DNA of 64,000 bases from Kiritimatiellia bacterium (GCA_040767085.1 JAXGPF010000008.1:128001-192000); one strand, 5' to 3'; shown: positions 40,350 to 50,380, numbered from the stretch's first letter. Numbers and translations: made by a program. Notes: a model not told the origin generated them from the letters alone.

Positions 40350-41903
40350 ATGACGCAATGGTGGACCGGGGCGCTGGTGGTGATGCTGGCGGGCACTCTG
40401 GGTTATTACATAAGGTTGATCATCGGACGCTATGCCGCCAAATCCTGCGAACACGAGGTAAAGCGTTTGCAGGCCGAGGCCGGCCGGGAAGCGGATAACA
40501 TCCGCAAGGAAGCCGCCCTGCAGGCCAAGAGCGAGGCGCTCAAGGCGCGGGAGTCGCTGGAAGATGAAATCAAGCGCCGGCGCCAGGAAATGGCGGCCCA
40601 GGAAGAGCGCATGAACCAGCGGGAAGTCAATCTCGACCGCAAGGTGGCGATGATTGACAAGAAAAACCAGGTCATCGAACAGAAACTTGCCGAGGCGGAG
40701 AAAAAGGAAAAAGAGCAGCAGCAGCAGCGCGAGGCCTGCGAGGCCCTGATCAAGCAGGAAAAGGACAAGTTGCAGCGGATCGCCGGCATGACGCCCGAAG
40801 AGGCCCGGCGCATGCTCATGGCGCGCATGGAGGAGGAAATCCGGGGCGAAACCGGCATGCTCATCCGCCGGCGCCAGGAGGAAGCCCGGCAGACGGCCGA
40901 ACGCGAGGCCCGGCGGATTGTCGCCACCGCCATCCAGCGGTACGCGCTCAGCCATGCCGCGGAATTGATGACCAGCACCGTCACGCTGCCCAGCGATGAC
41001 ATGAAGGGGCGGATCATCGGCCGCGAAGGGCGTAATATCCGCGCTTTGGAAGCCGCCACCGGCGTGGATCTGCTGGTGGACGATACCCCGGAAGCCGTGG
41101 TGATTTCCGCCTTCGATCCCATGCGCCGGGAAATTGCCCGGCAAATCCTGGAGCGCCTCATCGCCGACGGCCGGATTCATCCGGCGCGGATCGAGGAAAT
41201 CACGGCCAAGGTCAAAGAGGAAATCGAGGAAACCATCCGCACTACCGGCGAGGAATCCGTTTTTGCCATCGGCATCCAGAGCGTGAACCCGGAATTGATC
41301 CGCAACCTGGGGCGCCTGAAATTCCGCAGCAGTTACAGCCAGAACGTCTTGAACCATTCCATGGAAGTGGCCCACCTGATGGGCGTGATGGCCGGCGAAA
41401 TGGGGCTGGACGCCATGCTCGCCAAGCGCATCGGCATGTTCCACGATATCGGCAAGTCGCTGGACAGTGAAGTGGAAGGCAACCACGCCCTGATCGGCGC
41501 CGATTTGCTGCGCCGACATGGCGAAAACCAGGTGGTCGTCAACGCCGTGGCCGCCCACCACGAGGATGTGCCGGCGGAAAGCATTTACGCCATTCTGGCG
41601 GCGGCGGCCGACGCCATTTCCGCCGCGCGCCCGGGCGCGCGCGCGGAAACCAGCGCCATCTACGTCAAGCGCCTGGAACAGCTGGAAGCCATCGCCAACG
41701 GGATGCCCGGCGTGGAAAAATCCTTCGCCATCCAGGCCGGCCGCGAAGTGCGCGTGCTGGTGCAGTCCGACAAGGTGGACGACGCCGGCGCCATGCACCG
41801 CGCACGGGAAATCAGCAAAAAAATCGAGCAGGAACTGCAATACCCCGGGCAAATCCGCGTGACGGTGATCCGCGAAACCCGCTTCGTCGAGTATGCCCGG
41901 TGA
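40350..41903 (+). CDS. rny: Ribonuclease Y
   Basis: TM, coiled coil, KH (KGRIIGREGRNIR), HD (FHDIGK), AIQAGRE. Confidence 0.97.
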   Translation: MTQWWTGALVVMLAGTLGYYIRLIIGRYAAKSCEHEVKRLQAEAGREADNIRKEAALQAKSEALKARESLEDEIKRRRQEMAAQEERMNQREVNLDRKVAMIDKKNQVIEQKLAEAEKKEKEQQQQREACEALIKQEKDKLQRIAGMTPEEARRMLMARMEEEIRGETGMLIRRRQEEARQTAEREARRIVATAIQRYALSHAAELMTSTVTLPSDDMKGRIIGREGRNIRALEAATGVDLLVDDTPEAVVISAFDPMRREIARQILERLIADGRIHPARIEEITAKVKEEIEETIRTTGEESVFAIGIQSVNPELIRNLGRLKFRSSYSQNVLNHSMEVAHLMGVMAGEMGLDAMLAKRIGMFHDIGKSLDSEVEGNHALIGADLLRRHGENQVVVNAVAAHHEDVPAESIYAILAAAADAISAARPGARAETSAIYVKRLEQLEAIANGMPGVEKSFAIQAGREVRVLVQSDKVDDAGAMHRAREISKKIEQELQYPGQIRVTVIRETRFVEYAR

Positions 41904-41910
41904 CGCGCCG

Positions 41911-42372
41911 TCAATTGGTGCTGGCCGGCTGCAGGGGGATGTGCGTGATGTAGGCTTCGGCGGTATGCACCACGGCGGTAGTTGTGCCGTTGGTGGTCGT
42001 CCCGCCGGAGTTTTCGCTGGCGTTGTCCGAGAAATGGGACGCCACCGTGACCACCTGGACTTCCGGGGTGGCGGATGGCTGCGCCAGGCTGGTGTAATGC
42101 ACCTGGCTGCCCGCGTAGGTGTCCAGCCGGCCAATCTGGTTGTTCGAAAGCGACCACTGGTAACGGTAACCGCCGGAGGCGTTGAGCGTCACCGTCTGCC
42201 CGACTTGGTTGACATGCGCGGCGGAAGGATTGATGCTGATGGATGAATCGGCGGAGTCAACTTCACAGCCGGCGCCGGCCAGCAGCAACGCCGCCGCGCC
42301 GGCCAGCAGCAGCCCGCCGCGCCCGCCCGCCCGGCATACGATCGTTTGGCAAATTATGGATAGTCTATGCAT
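41911..42372 (-). CDS. Hypothetical lipoprotein
   Basis: Lipobox LAGAGC; Ig-like Ser/Thr-rich mature region. Confidence 0.7.
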   Translation of the reverse strand: MHRLSIICQTIVCRAGGRGGLLLAGAAALLLAGAGCEVDSADSSISINPSAAHVNQVGQTVTLNASGGYRYQWSLSNNQIGRLDTYAGSQVHYTSLAQPSATPEVQVVTVASHFSDNASENSGGTTTNGTTTAVVHTAEAYITHIPLQPASTN

Positions 42373-42524
42373 GGCGACGCAACTCCGTAGGGTTAACCCG
42401 CTGTCTTAACATAAAATCCCGTCGTGGATTCAGGTGATGGTTAACCCGGCAGTATAAATCGCGCGCCAGCCAAGTCAAACTTATTTTTAGCATATATTTT
42501 TAGCATATTCTCGCGAAAATATCA

Positions 42525-42553
42525 TTGACAAACAACGGGAGGCAGCCTAGTTT
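42525..42553 (+). promoter_or_regulatory. sigma70-like promoter for the island operon
   Basis: TTGACA-17 bp-TAGTTT. Confidence 0.5.
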
Positions 42554-42679
42554 AAAAAAAAGTTTGACTGTTGAGCTGTGGACAAGACGGTGATTAATGC
42601 GGCCGCCTTGCTCGATGAACAACGGCTGATGGATATATACGATGGAACTTAGGCGTTCAAGGTCCAATCGGAGATTGCG

Positions 42680-44086
42680 ATGAGAGAACTTGGTTTCACA
42701 AGTTGGAGAACTCTGGTTGCAGTATGTTTGGTCGAGAGTTGCTTCTTCCTGCCGCATTCTTGTTTCGGCGGCGATGCGGGCGTTCTGATCCTGTCGGAAA
42801 AAGATGTTGATGGTTTGGAAAAGCAGGCTGAAGTAGCACGGAATTGTTTTAACTCAAACGCGTACGATGAGGCCATCACAATCTTGGGGAAACTTTCTGC
42901 CGATACAACGATCAGTCAACCCCTCTACCTCAATGAGTTGGGTGTTTGCTGCTTATTCGCGACACAGTATGCCAAGGCAAAGACTGCCTTTCTGCTCGCG
43001 GGCCGGTTAATGGAGACATTTGACCCGCGTTCTGAGAGAAAAGCGCTGAGCCTTTTTGGGGCCGAAGCACAGAAACTGTATCGTGGTGATCCTTACGAGA
43101 GGGCAATAAATTGCCTGTTTCTCGGCCTTTGTTTTCTCCGCGACAACGATGTGGATAACGCCCTTGCTTGCTTTAAAAATGGCATCCTGTTCGATTCGGA
43201 CGCGGCCGCGGATTCCTATAAGTCCGATTTTGCCCTTATCTATTGCCTCGAAGCCTTTTGTTACCGACTTCGAGGTCAGGATGACCTGGCGTCCCAGTCC
43301 GCCCAACAGGCTGAGGCGGCGCTGCTGACGGCCCACGCCATGTTTAGGCCGTTCGTTTTTCTCGACAATGTATTAACAGACGGGATGTCGAAGAACAAGG
43401 ACGAGGAAGAGAGGAAGATTATGCTGGGAATGCGCGATGAACTTCGTGAGAAGCGAAAACAGCTTGAATCGCGCTTCGACATGCGAGACATCCGGAAACT
43501 GGCGGATGGCCATTTCAACACTTTGCTTCTCATTGGCTGTGGCAACGCCCCGAAGAAACTCCGTTACGGCCAGTATGGCGAAAAGTTCAACATAGTTGAA
43601 CCAGACCGGGACGACAGCATTAGATTCGAAATAACGGATGAAAACGGCAATATCACGGACGCCGCGCGATACGTATGTGATGTCACCTATCAGGCCACCA
43701 CACGGGGCGGGCGCCAGATGGACAACGTTCTGGAGAGCAAGGCTTCGATAAAAAAACGAGCCGATGCAATGGCCGGCAGTCTGTGGAATGCCCAAAATTA
43801 TAACAACATATCTGACCCGCGTGCGCGCTTGATTGCAATGGGTGTGGGATTCGTTGCGGGTGGAATAAGCAAGGTTGTGAGTGCTTCGACGAAGGCTCAG
43901 GCCGACATTCGATGTTGGCAACTACTGCCGGGCGAGTTTCAAGTCGTGGGCATTAATCTCAAGCCTGGAATTCATCAACTCCAAGTGCGTGCCTTCCGCT
44001 CATATTTTCCGATAAGCGAAGCAAAAAGCGTTGCTGTGGACATCTCGCATGATCGAGCCCTGAACTTCTTTGTAGTGGCCCCATGA
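42680..44086 (+). CDS. Exported TPR protein (COG3014-like)
   Basis: TPR-like helices; YRGDPYE and ADIRCWQLLP motifs. Confidence 0.7.
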   Translation: MRELGFTSWRTLVAVCLVESCFFLPHSCFGGDAGVLILSEKDVDGLEKQAEVARNCFNSNAYDEAITILGKLSADTTISQPLYLNELGVCCLFATQYAKAKTAFLLAGRLMETFDPRSERKALSLFGAEAQKLYRGDPYERAINCLFLGLCFLRDNDVDNALACFKNGILFDSDAAADSYKSDFALIYCLEAFCYRLRGQDDLASQSAQQAEAALLTAHAMFRPFVFLDNVLTDGMSKNKDEEERKIMLGMRDELREKRKQLESRFDMRDIRKLADGHFNTLLLIGCGNAPKKLRYGQYGEKFNIVEPDRDDSIRFEITDENGNITDAARYVCDVTYQATTRGGRQMDNVLESKASIKKRADAMAGSLWNAQNYNNISDPRARLIAMGVGFVAGGISKVVSASTKAQADIRCWQLLPGEFQVVGINLKPGIHQLQVRAFRSYFPISEAKSVAVDISHDRALNFFVVAP

Positions 44087-44100
44087 TCGAGAGAGGGGAT

Positions 44101-45240
44101 ATGAGTCGCTGTTTAGCCTGCCGCGCGCTTCTGGTCTTTACATCTCTTGTGGGGTGCATGCTTTGTTCTTGCGCTACGAAACAAGCGTCAAAGCGCTATG
44201 TCATAGATACCTCCCGCATGACTCTCCCCGAGATACCTTCCTACAAACAAGCCCGTTTGCATTCTGAGGAAGGGGGCTGTGTGTTCGCGGTAGTGCCGGA
44301 CCCAAAGAATGACTTCCAGAGAATAATGAAAGAATGGCGCGAGAATTCAGATTTAGATGTGCATGATCCGGATTGGGAGGCTAAGCTAAAAGAGAAAATA
44401 AATGTTCATTTAGACAAAGCGAAGACGGTCGGATTAAATAAAGCAGTTGCGAAGTTCATCGCGATAGAACTTGCCGAGGCCGGAATTGCTTGCTTGACAA
44501 ACGCCACCCCCGAGGAGGAGATTCAAATATTCTTCTCGTCAATGTCACAAACGACATACGAGGCACTAAAGAAACATAATCCGCGCTGGTCTGAAGTTGC
44601 GTACGATCGCCAACAGAAGGGAGAAGTGACTCTCTCCGATATTATGGGCGCAGTTCCGTCAATCGTGAATACGCGCAATCCTATCTCTTCCGTGACTTCG
44701 TTCTCTCATGTTCAGCGGATGTTGCCAACTAGATTGTTTGTTGTTCGGTATATGGGTAATAGGGAAGTCGGGGATGCAACAAGCGTAGGCCGGGATGTTC
44801 GTTTGGCGATTGATGTCTACGAACCGAGGACGTGCGTTATGCTCGGCACATGCGAGGTGTGGGGGCGGTCATTGGTTGACAAGGAGAAGGCATATTCTTA
44901 TCTGGACGATTACGTACGGAAGTACTTCGATCGGCAAGCTATTGAGAGACAGGCACAGGAGATCGCGGACAACACGCCATTGTTCACGCTCGCTGATGTG
45001 GAGATGCTTGTTAACCCGTTCAGTTACATAATTCCGAGATGCGCCAAACACCTTCCCTTCGGCAGGAGGACGAGGATTAAGAATGAACACATTCGCATGA
45101 TGGTGAAGGTCAAAGAAGAGAACATACCATCTCATTTAGGGGATTACTTGAACGGAATGGCATGTCAGGTCGCGGTGTCAAACTTAATGTGCTCGGATCA
45201 ATTCAGTGAATTTGTCTTGTCTGCAAATACTGAAAGGTAG
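44101..45240 (+). CDS. Hypothetical lipoprotein, tandem paralog 1
   Basis: Lipobox-like LCSC; near-identical blocks shared with the next gene. Confidence 0.8.
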   Translation: MSRCLACRALLVFTSLVGCMLCSCATKQASKRYVIDTSRMTLPEIPSYKQARLHSEEGGCVFAVVPDPKNDFQRIMKEWRENSDLDVHDPDWEAKLKEKINVHLDKAKTVGLNKAVAKFIAIELAEAGIACLTNATPEEEIQIFFSSMSQTTYEALKKHNPRWSEVAYDRQQKGEVTLSDIMGAVPSIVNTRNPISSVTSFSHVQRMLPTRLFVVRYMGNREVGDATSVGRDVRLAIDVYEPRTCVMLGTCEVWGRSLVDKEKAYSYLDDYVRKYFDRQAIERQAQEIADNTPLFTLADVEMLVNPFSYIIPRCAKHLPFGRRTRIKNEHIRMMVKVKEENIPSHLGDYLNGMACQVAVSNLMCSDQFSEFVLSANTER

Positions 45241-45374
45241 GGGATGGATCGGTCAAAGGGGGAAGGTCACGCTCATATTTTCCGATAAGCGAAGCAAAAG
45301 CGTTGCTGTGGACATCTCGCATGATCGAGCCCTGAACTTCTATGTAGTGGCCCCATGATTGAGGGAGAGGGGAT

Positions 45375-46541
45375 ATGAGTCGCTGTTTAGCCTGTCGCGC
45401 GCTTCTGGTCTTTACATCTCTTGTGGGGGGGTGCATGCTTTGTTCTTGCACTACGACACAAGCGTCAAAGCGCTATGTCATAGATACCTCCCGCATGACT
45501 CTCCCCGAGATACCTTCCTACAAACAAGCCCGTTTGCATTCTGAGGAAGAGGGTTGTGTGTGCGCGGTAGTGCCGGACCCAAAGAATGACTTCCAGAGAA
45601 TAATGAAAGAATGGCGCGAGAATTCAGATGTAGATGTTCATGATCCGGATTGGAAGGCTAAGCTAAAAGAACGGCAAGAGAAACAAAATGTTCATTTAGA
45701 CAAAATGAAGACGGTCGGGAATAATCAAGGACTCGCGAAGTTAATCGCGAAAGAACTTGCCGAGGCCGGAATTGCTTGCTTGACAAACGCCACCCCCGAG
45801 GAGGAAATTCAAATATTCTTCTCGTCAATGTTACAAACGACATACGAGACACTGAAGAAACATAATCCGCGCTGGTCTGAAGTTGCGTACGATCGCCAAC
45901 AGAAGGGAGAGGTGACCCTCAGCGAGGTTCTAGCAGCAGTACCGACATTATATAATGAGAAAAACATGATATCCTTTATGACTTCATTTTCTCATTATCA
46001 GCGGATGTTGCCGAATAGATTGTTTGTTGTTCGGTATATGGGTAATAGAGAAGTCGGGGATGCAACAAGAGTAGGCCGGGATGTTCGCGTTGCGATAGAT
46101 GTCTACGAACCGAGGACGTGTGTTATGCTCGGCACATGCGAGGTGTGGGGGCGGTCATTGGTTGACAAGGAGAAGGCAAATGCATATCTGGACGATCAAG
46201 TGCGGAAGGACTATGATCTGCAAACAATTGAAAGACGGGCCCAGGAGTTGGCGGACGCCATGCCGTTGTTCGCGATCTGGGATGTGTTATACTTTATTAA
46301 CCTTGTTAATCCGCTAGCGCACATCATTAGGCCGGGCTTTGCCAAAGAAGATCTTCCCTTCGGCAGGAGGACGAGGATCAAGAATGAACACATTCAACGT
46401 GAATTAGAGATCAAAGAGAAGCTCAAGCCAGGATATTTGGACCGTTACTTGCACTCTATGGCATGTCAGGTCGCGGTATCAAACTTAATGTGCTCGGATC
46501 AATTCGGTGAATTTGTCTTGTCTGCAAATACTGAGATGTAG
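45375..46541 (+). CDS. Hypothetical lipoprotein, tandem paralog 2
   Basis: Duplicate of 44101-45240 including about 100 bp of upstream sequence. Confidence 0.8.
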   Translation: MSRCLACRALLVFTSLVGGCMLCSCTTTQASKRYVIDTSRMTLPEIPSYKQARLHSEEEGCVCAVVPDPKNDFQRIMKEWRENSDVDVHDPDWKAKLKERQEKQNVHLDKMKTVGNNQGLAKLIAKELAEAGIACLTNATPEEEIQIFFSSMLQTTYETLKKHNPRWSEVAYDRQQKGEVTLSEVLAAVPTLYNEKNMISFMTSFSHYQRMLPNRLFVVRYMGNREVGDATRVGRDVRVAIDVYEPRTCVMLGTCEVWGRSLVDKEKANAYLDDQVRKDYDLQTIERRAQELADAMPLFAIWDVLYFINLVNPLAHIIRPGFAKEDLPFGRRTRIKNEHIQRELEIKEKLKPGYLDRYLHSMACQVAVSNLMCSDQFGEFVLSANTEM

Positions 46542-46780
46542 GGACGCTGTTGCGATTCTGGCCGCGCATTCGTTTCTTCTCCGCCTGGGGTCATTCTTAT
46601 GGTATGGAAGTCAAGCATGAGGTGGTCAAGATATCCCCGCCATTACAATATGATTGCGAAAAATGTGCTTGTGCCCATTGCTTTTTTATGTTAAAAAATA
46701 CATACACATACATTATTTTGTCTGTTACTACACTACACCCTGGTGCGATGGCTCGCGGAAACTGAAGGAGGACTCGTAGC

Positions 46781-47941
46781 ATGAAGAGACAAGATGCGTG
46801 TCTGAAGGAAAGCCCAGTCCTGACGGCTTGGGCCTTTCTGCTGGCTCTGCCCCTGCTGTTGCTCGCAAACGGTTGCGCGACTCCTTCGGGGGGCTTGTCG
46901 AAGACGACGGTGCTGCAGCCGGATCAGGAAGACAACATCGGCGGCAGTTTCATCGAAAGCAGCGACATCAGGACCATCGCGTCCCGGATGACGCCGGCGT
47001 TGCTGTCCGTGCCCGCGATCTCGCAGAATGGGGGCGCCGTCCGAATCGCCTTGGCCCCGATACGGAACTCGTCGCGGTACATCATTGACAAGGACATCTT
47101 CGCCAAGCGTCTGCGCCTGGAACTGAACCGCGTCTCCGAGGGACGAATCGTATTCTTCTCCCAAGGCATGGGTCAGGAGGTTAGAGAACAGGTTCTGACG
47201 GAACGGCAGGAAGACGAGTGGGACAGTCTCATTGATCAGGCTGCCGCCGCGCTCCTGGCGTCTTCCGTGGCGACGGGCAGCGCTCAACCCCTGCGGGTGG
47301 CCGTCATGCCGGTCAAGAACACGAACCTGACCGGCGTGAATGCGGATAGCTTCACGAGCCTCCTTCGCGCCAAGGTTGCGGAGAAGGCCAACGGCAAGAT
47401 CGTATTCCTCTCCCGAGAAGCCAACGGGAAAGTCACGGAACAAATCCTCGACGAGAAAGACGTGAAGGACCAGGGGTTGGTCAGCCGCGGAGGGGCGAAG
47501 CAGCTCTTCGGCGTGGATTATTTCCTGACGGGGGAGTTCATCGCCAAGAGCGTTATGCGCGAAGGGGCCGCCGATGTGGTGGAAGCAAAGGTCGGGAGGT
47601 CGGCGGATGATCCCGGCGTTGTAGAGGGGAACGTCACCCAGTCGCGGAAGAATCCGAACGTCACGAAGTATCTGAACATCAAGCTCGTGGACGCCGAGAC
47701 CGCTGCCGTCCCCTTTGAGAAACTCCTGAAGGTGGAAAGCAAGATCGCCTCCGGCGTCGGACGCGCCGACTTCATCCTGACCGGCGAACTCAGCGCCTTG
47801 AGCAAGGCGGCGGAAGGCGGCGACCGCTCGGATTACATCCTGATGAGTTTCCAGCTGGTTGACCCGGTTTCCAACGAAATGGTGTGGGAAGATGCTTACG
47901 AAACGAAGAAGAAGACCAATGTTGGGGTCGTCTACAAGTGA
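46781..47941 (+). CDS. LpoB/CsgG-fold lipoprotein with two domain copies
   Basis: Lipobox ANGC; twin motifs IALAPIRN/VAVMPVKN, DYFLTGE/DFILTGE, KLVD/QLVD..WED. Confidence 0.7.
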   Translation: MKRQDACLKESPVLTAWAFLLALPLLLLANGCATPSGGLSKTTVLQPDQEDNIGGSFIESSDIRTIASRMTPALLSVPAISQNGGAVRIALAPIRNSSRYIIDKDIFAKRLRLELNRVSEGRIVFFSQGMGQEVREQVLTERQEDEWDSLIDQAAAALLASSVATGSAQPLRVAVMPVKNTNLTGVNADSFTSLLRAKVAEKANGKIVFLSREANGKVTEQILDEKDVKDQGLVSRGGAKQLFGVDYFLTGEFIAKSVMREGAADVVEAKVGRSADDPGVVEGNVTQSRKNPNVTKYLNIKLVDAETAAVPFEKLLKVESKIASGVGRADFILTGELSALSKAAEGGDRSDYILMSFQLVDPVSNEMVWEDAYETKKKTNVGVVYK

Positions 47942-47964
47942 TTACGGCAGGAAGGAGGCATGAC

Positions 47965-48441
47965 ATGAAAAGATATCTGACCGTTCTGGGCTTGGTCATC
48001 GCAACGGCGCTTTCTGGATGCAAGAGCGTTTACAACGTGCGCCGCGCCGCGCCGGACGAAGTAAGCCAGGAGGGCACGGTTGTTTTCGTTCGCCCGACCG
48101 ATTATACGCTGTTCGGCACGAAGTCCATGCGTGACTACCTGGAAATCGTGAACGAGCGCGCCTCCAAGAACGACGCCGGATTGCTTCAAGTTCAAGTCGG
48201 CTTTCGCAATCGCGGCGGCCGTCACTTGTGGGACACCAAGGGTCCCAACATCTCGCTGTCCGTGAAGACGGCGTTCTATGATCAGCCGTTTGTTTCAGAT
48301 GGACAGAAGGATATACCGGTCTACGAAACGAACTGGGAAACGCTGCCCATGCCGCGCGGCGATACGGTCGAGTACAAGGCGGTTTGCCCGAAGCCGTCCG
48401 GGGCATACTACCAGGTCACGGTTTCGGAAATCCTCAAGTAG
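47965..48441 (+). CDS. YcfL/DUF1425-like lipoprotein
   Basis: Lipobox LSGC; GLLQVQVGFRN...FYD...W..L...P pattern; adjacent to lpoB-like gene. Confidence 0.6.
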   Translation: MKRYLTVLGLVIATALSGCKSVYNVRRAAPDEVSQEGTVVFVRPTDYTLFGTKSMRDYLEIVNERASKNDAGLLQVQVGFRNRGGRHLWDTKGPNISLSVKTAFYDQPFVSDGQKDIPVYETNWETLPMPRGDTVEYKAVCPKPSGAYYQVTVSEILK

Positions 48442-48456
48442 ACGGGAGGCGCGCGC

Positions 48457-49359
48457 ATGAATTGTTCCCGGTCATTCCGAAGTCGAATGTGGTGCGGCCT
48501 TGCCGCCGGCATGGTCGCTTGCGGCGTCGCCGGCCAACTGCTGGCGGAAGACGCTGCCTCGCCTCTCAGCCAGCCGGTTCTTCGGCATAGGGTCGCAGTC
48601 GTAGCGTTGCCGCCGAGCGCCGGTTTGACCAATCAAGCCAACACCATCCTGGTCAAGTCGGAAGCGTGGCAGGCATTGCTCTTGAACGAGGGCGTAAAGA
48701 TAACCCCGGACGAGTGGGCAACGGCGGTTGACCTGACGAAAGCGGCATTGGGCGAGTCCGACGCCTTCCGGGTGGTCGAAATGCCGGGGACGAGTGACGC
48801 CGCCGAAAACGCGCCGGGCTTCGTGCTCCTGGCGAGATATGGCGTTGGACTGAACGGCACTCGCGTCTTTTTCCGCCTTGTCGAGGCCAAGTCCGGCACG
48901 TTGCTGGCCAGCGCCGACGCGACGGGTACGGCCATGAAGATGGCCATCGAAAAGGCATTGTCGAAAATCCAGAACGAAGCGGCCCTGATGCCTTGGCGCT
49001 GTCATGTGGTTGGCGTCAATGGCGACCTGATGGTGATTGACCGGGGCCGGCTCGACGGCATTCGCGCCGGCCAGGAATTCATTGGCTACTCGCTCGACAA
49101 GGCCGCCACAAACGCGACGGCCCTGCCGGATGAGCAACGCATCATGCAGTACGGCAAGCGGACGGGAACCTACAAGGTGGTTGAGGAAGGGCAGTTGTTT
49201 TCCAAGGCACAGGCAACGGAAAACGCGGTTGCGCTGAAAGCCGGAGACATCCTGGAACTGCCCGAAATCCGCATGAAAGACCGTGGCAGAGAGTCGCGGG
49301 GGAAGCGGGTCTGGGACGGAATCTACCAACACGGCGAAAGCGAGAGAGGATCGAAATAA
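48457..49359 (+). CDS. Exported protein with CsgG-like and FlgT-C-like regions
   Basis: RVAVV, FRLVEAKSG.LL, VIDRGRLDGIRAGQEF...KAGD. Confidence 0.55.
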   Translation: MNCSRSFRSRMWCGLAAGMVACGVAGQLLAEDAASPLSQPVLRHRVAVVALPPSAGLTNQANTILVKSEAWQALLLNEGVKITPDEWATAVDLTKAALGESDAFRVVEMPGTSDAAENAPGFVLLARYGVGLNGTRVFFRLVEAKSGTLLASADATGTAMKMAIEKALSKIQNEAALMPWRCHVVGVNGDLMVIDRGRLDGIRAGQEFIGYSLDKAATNATALPDEQRIMQYGKRTGTYKVVEEGQLFSKAQATENAVALKAGDILELPEIRMKDRGRESRGKRVWDGIYQHGESERGSK

Positions 49360-49700
49360 TGGCAAGAAAAATGTCTTTGCCCCGCAGATTCATCATCGCG
49401 GCATTCGCTTTGCATGCATGCTCTGCCGTACTTGCAGGGGAAAACTCTGCAAAACAAGAGAGATTTGAGCGGCTTTCTGCGAGTCAGGTCGACGCCATGG
49501 AGCGCGAAGCCGAACAAGGTCGTATGAAAAGTATTGGCGAGGTCGACGTTTGGGGCCGAGGTATAGCCACGAATGCGCCGAACCGCCGGATAGATATGTC
49601 GAAGATAGTGAGGCCGCAGGCTCGAAGGGAGGCGTTGTCAGCGGCTGTGCTCAATACTGTCTCAAGTCCAGACTTCCGGAACATCGTTGAAGGGCGATGA
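49359..49700 (+). CDS. Small exported hypothetical protein
   Basis: TAATG overlap with upstream stop; signal-like N-terminus. Confidence 0.5.
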   Translation: MARKMSLPRRFIIAAFALHACSAVLAGENSAKQERFERLSASQVDAMEREAEQGRMKSIGEVDVWGRGIATNAPNRRIDMSKIVRPQARREALSAAVLNTVSSPDFRNIVEGR

Positions 49701-49750
49701 TGGCGGAGTCAATATAGACACAACGAAGGAGTTCGTGGGAGGAACGCAGA

Positions 49751-50284
49751 ATGAAGAGAATCTTATTCGGAATGGTGGTGTTATTGGCATTTGCTGCGGT
49801 GTCGGCGCACGCGCAAGAGGTCAAGTTCGCGCGTCTCGGTCCGGCCATCGGCATGACGGCCGGCGGCGATGTGGACAACGCTTTCGCGTTTGGTCTCCAG
49901 GGCGAGGTTGACTTCGGCGGGCATTTCGGCGTCGAGTTGTCCTACATGCGTTTCGACAATCAGAACGACGTGGACGGCGTCTCGCTCGACATGCACCAAG
50001 ATACCATTGGCCTGTCCGCCATTGCCAGGAAGAGCCTCCTGGAAGATGTGTCCGGCTACCTCCTCGGCGGTCTGAACTACAACCTGATCAACGGTGGGCC
50101 GGACGTGGACGACGAAGTCGGGATCCACCTCGGCGTCGGTTTCAACATGAAGACCGGGGATTTCACGGAACTCTGCCTTGAGTACCGCTACACTTTCCTC
50201 GACCTTTCCGGCGACCTCCCCGGTAAAGATTCATGGGATAGCGACTTCGGCCTGCTGAAACTTGGTCTGAACTTCCTGTTCTGA
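49751..50284 (+). CDS. Outer-membrane beta-barrel (OmpA/OmpW-like 8-strand)
   Basis: Signal peptide AHA; alternating strands; EYRY; terminal Phe. Confidence 0.85.
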   Translation: MKRILFGMVVLLAFAAVSAHAQEVKFARLGPAIGMTAGGDVDNAFAFGLQGEVDFGGHFGVELSYMRFDNQNDVDGVSLDMHQDTIGLSAIARKSLLEDVSGYLLGGLNYNLINGGPDVDDEVGIHLGVGFNMKTGDFTELCLEYRYTFLDLSGDLPGKDSWDSDFGLLKLGLNFLF

Positions 50285-50380
50285 CATCCAGTCTCACGGC
50301 CAAGCGGTCAGCCGCCGGCGCCCAGCAAGCAAGCTTTTATTGTGTCCTGCACCACATCGGAGGGCGAAGCTTTCGACGGC

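Noticed and set aside
42480-50300. Integron cassette array or prophage
   Set aside because: No convincing attC sites, integrase or phage genes; genes are operon-like
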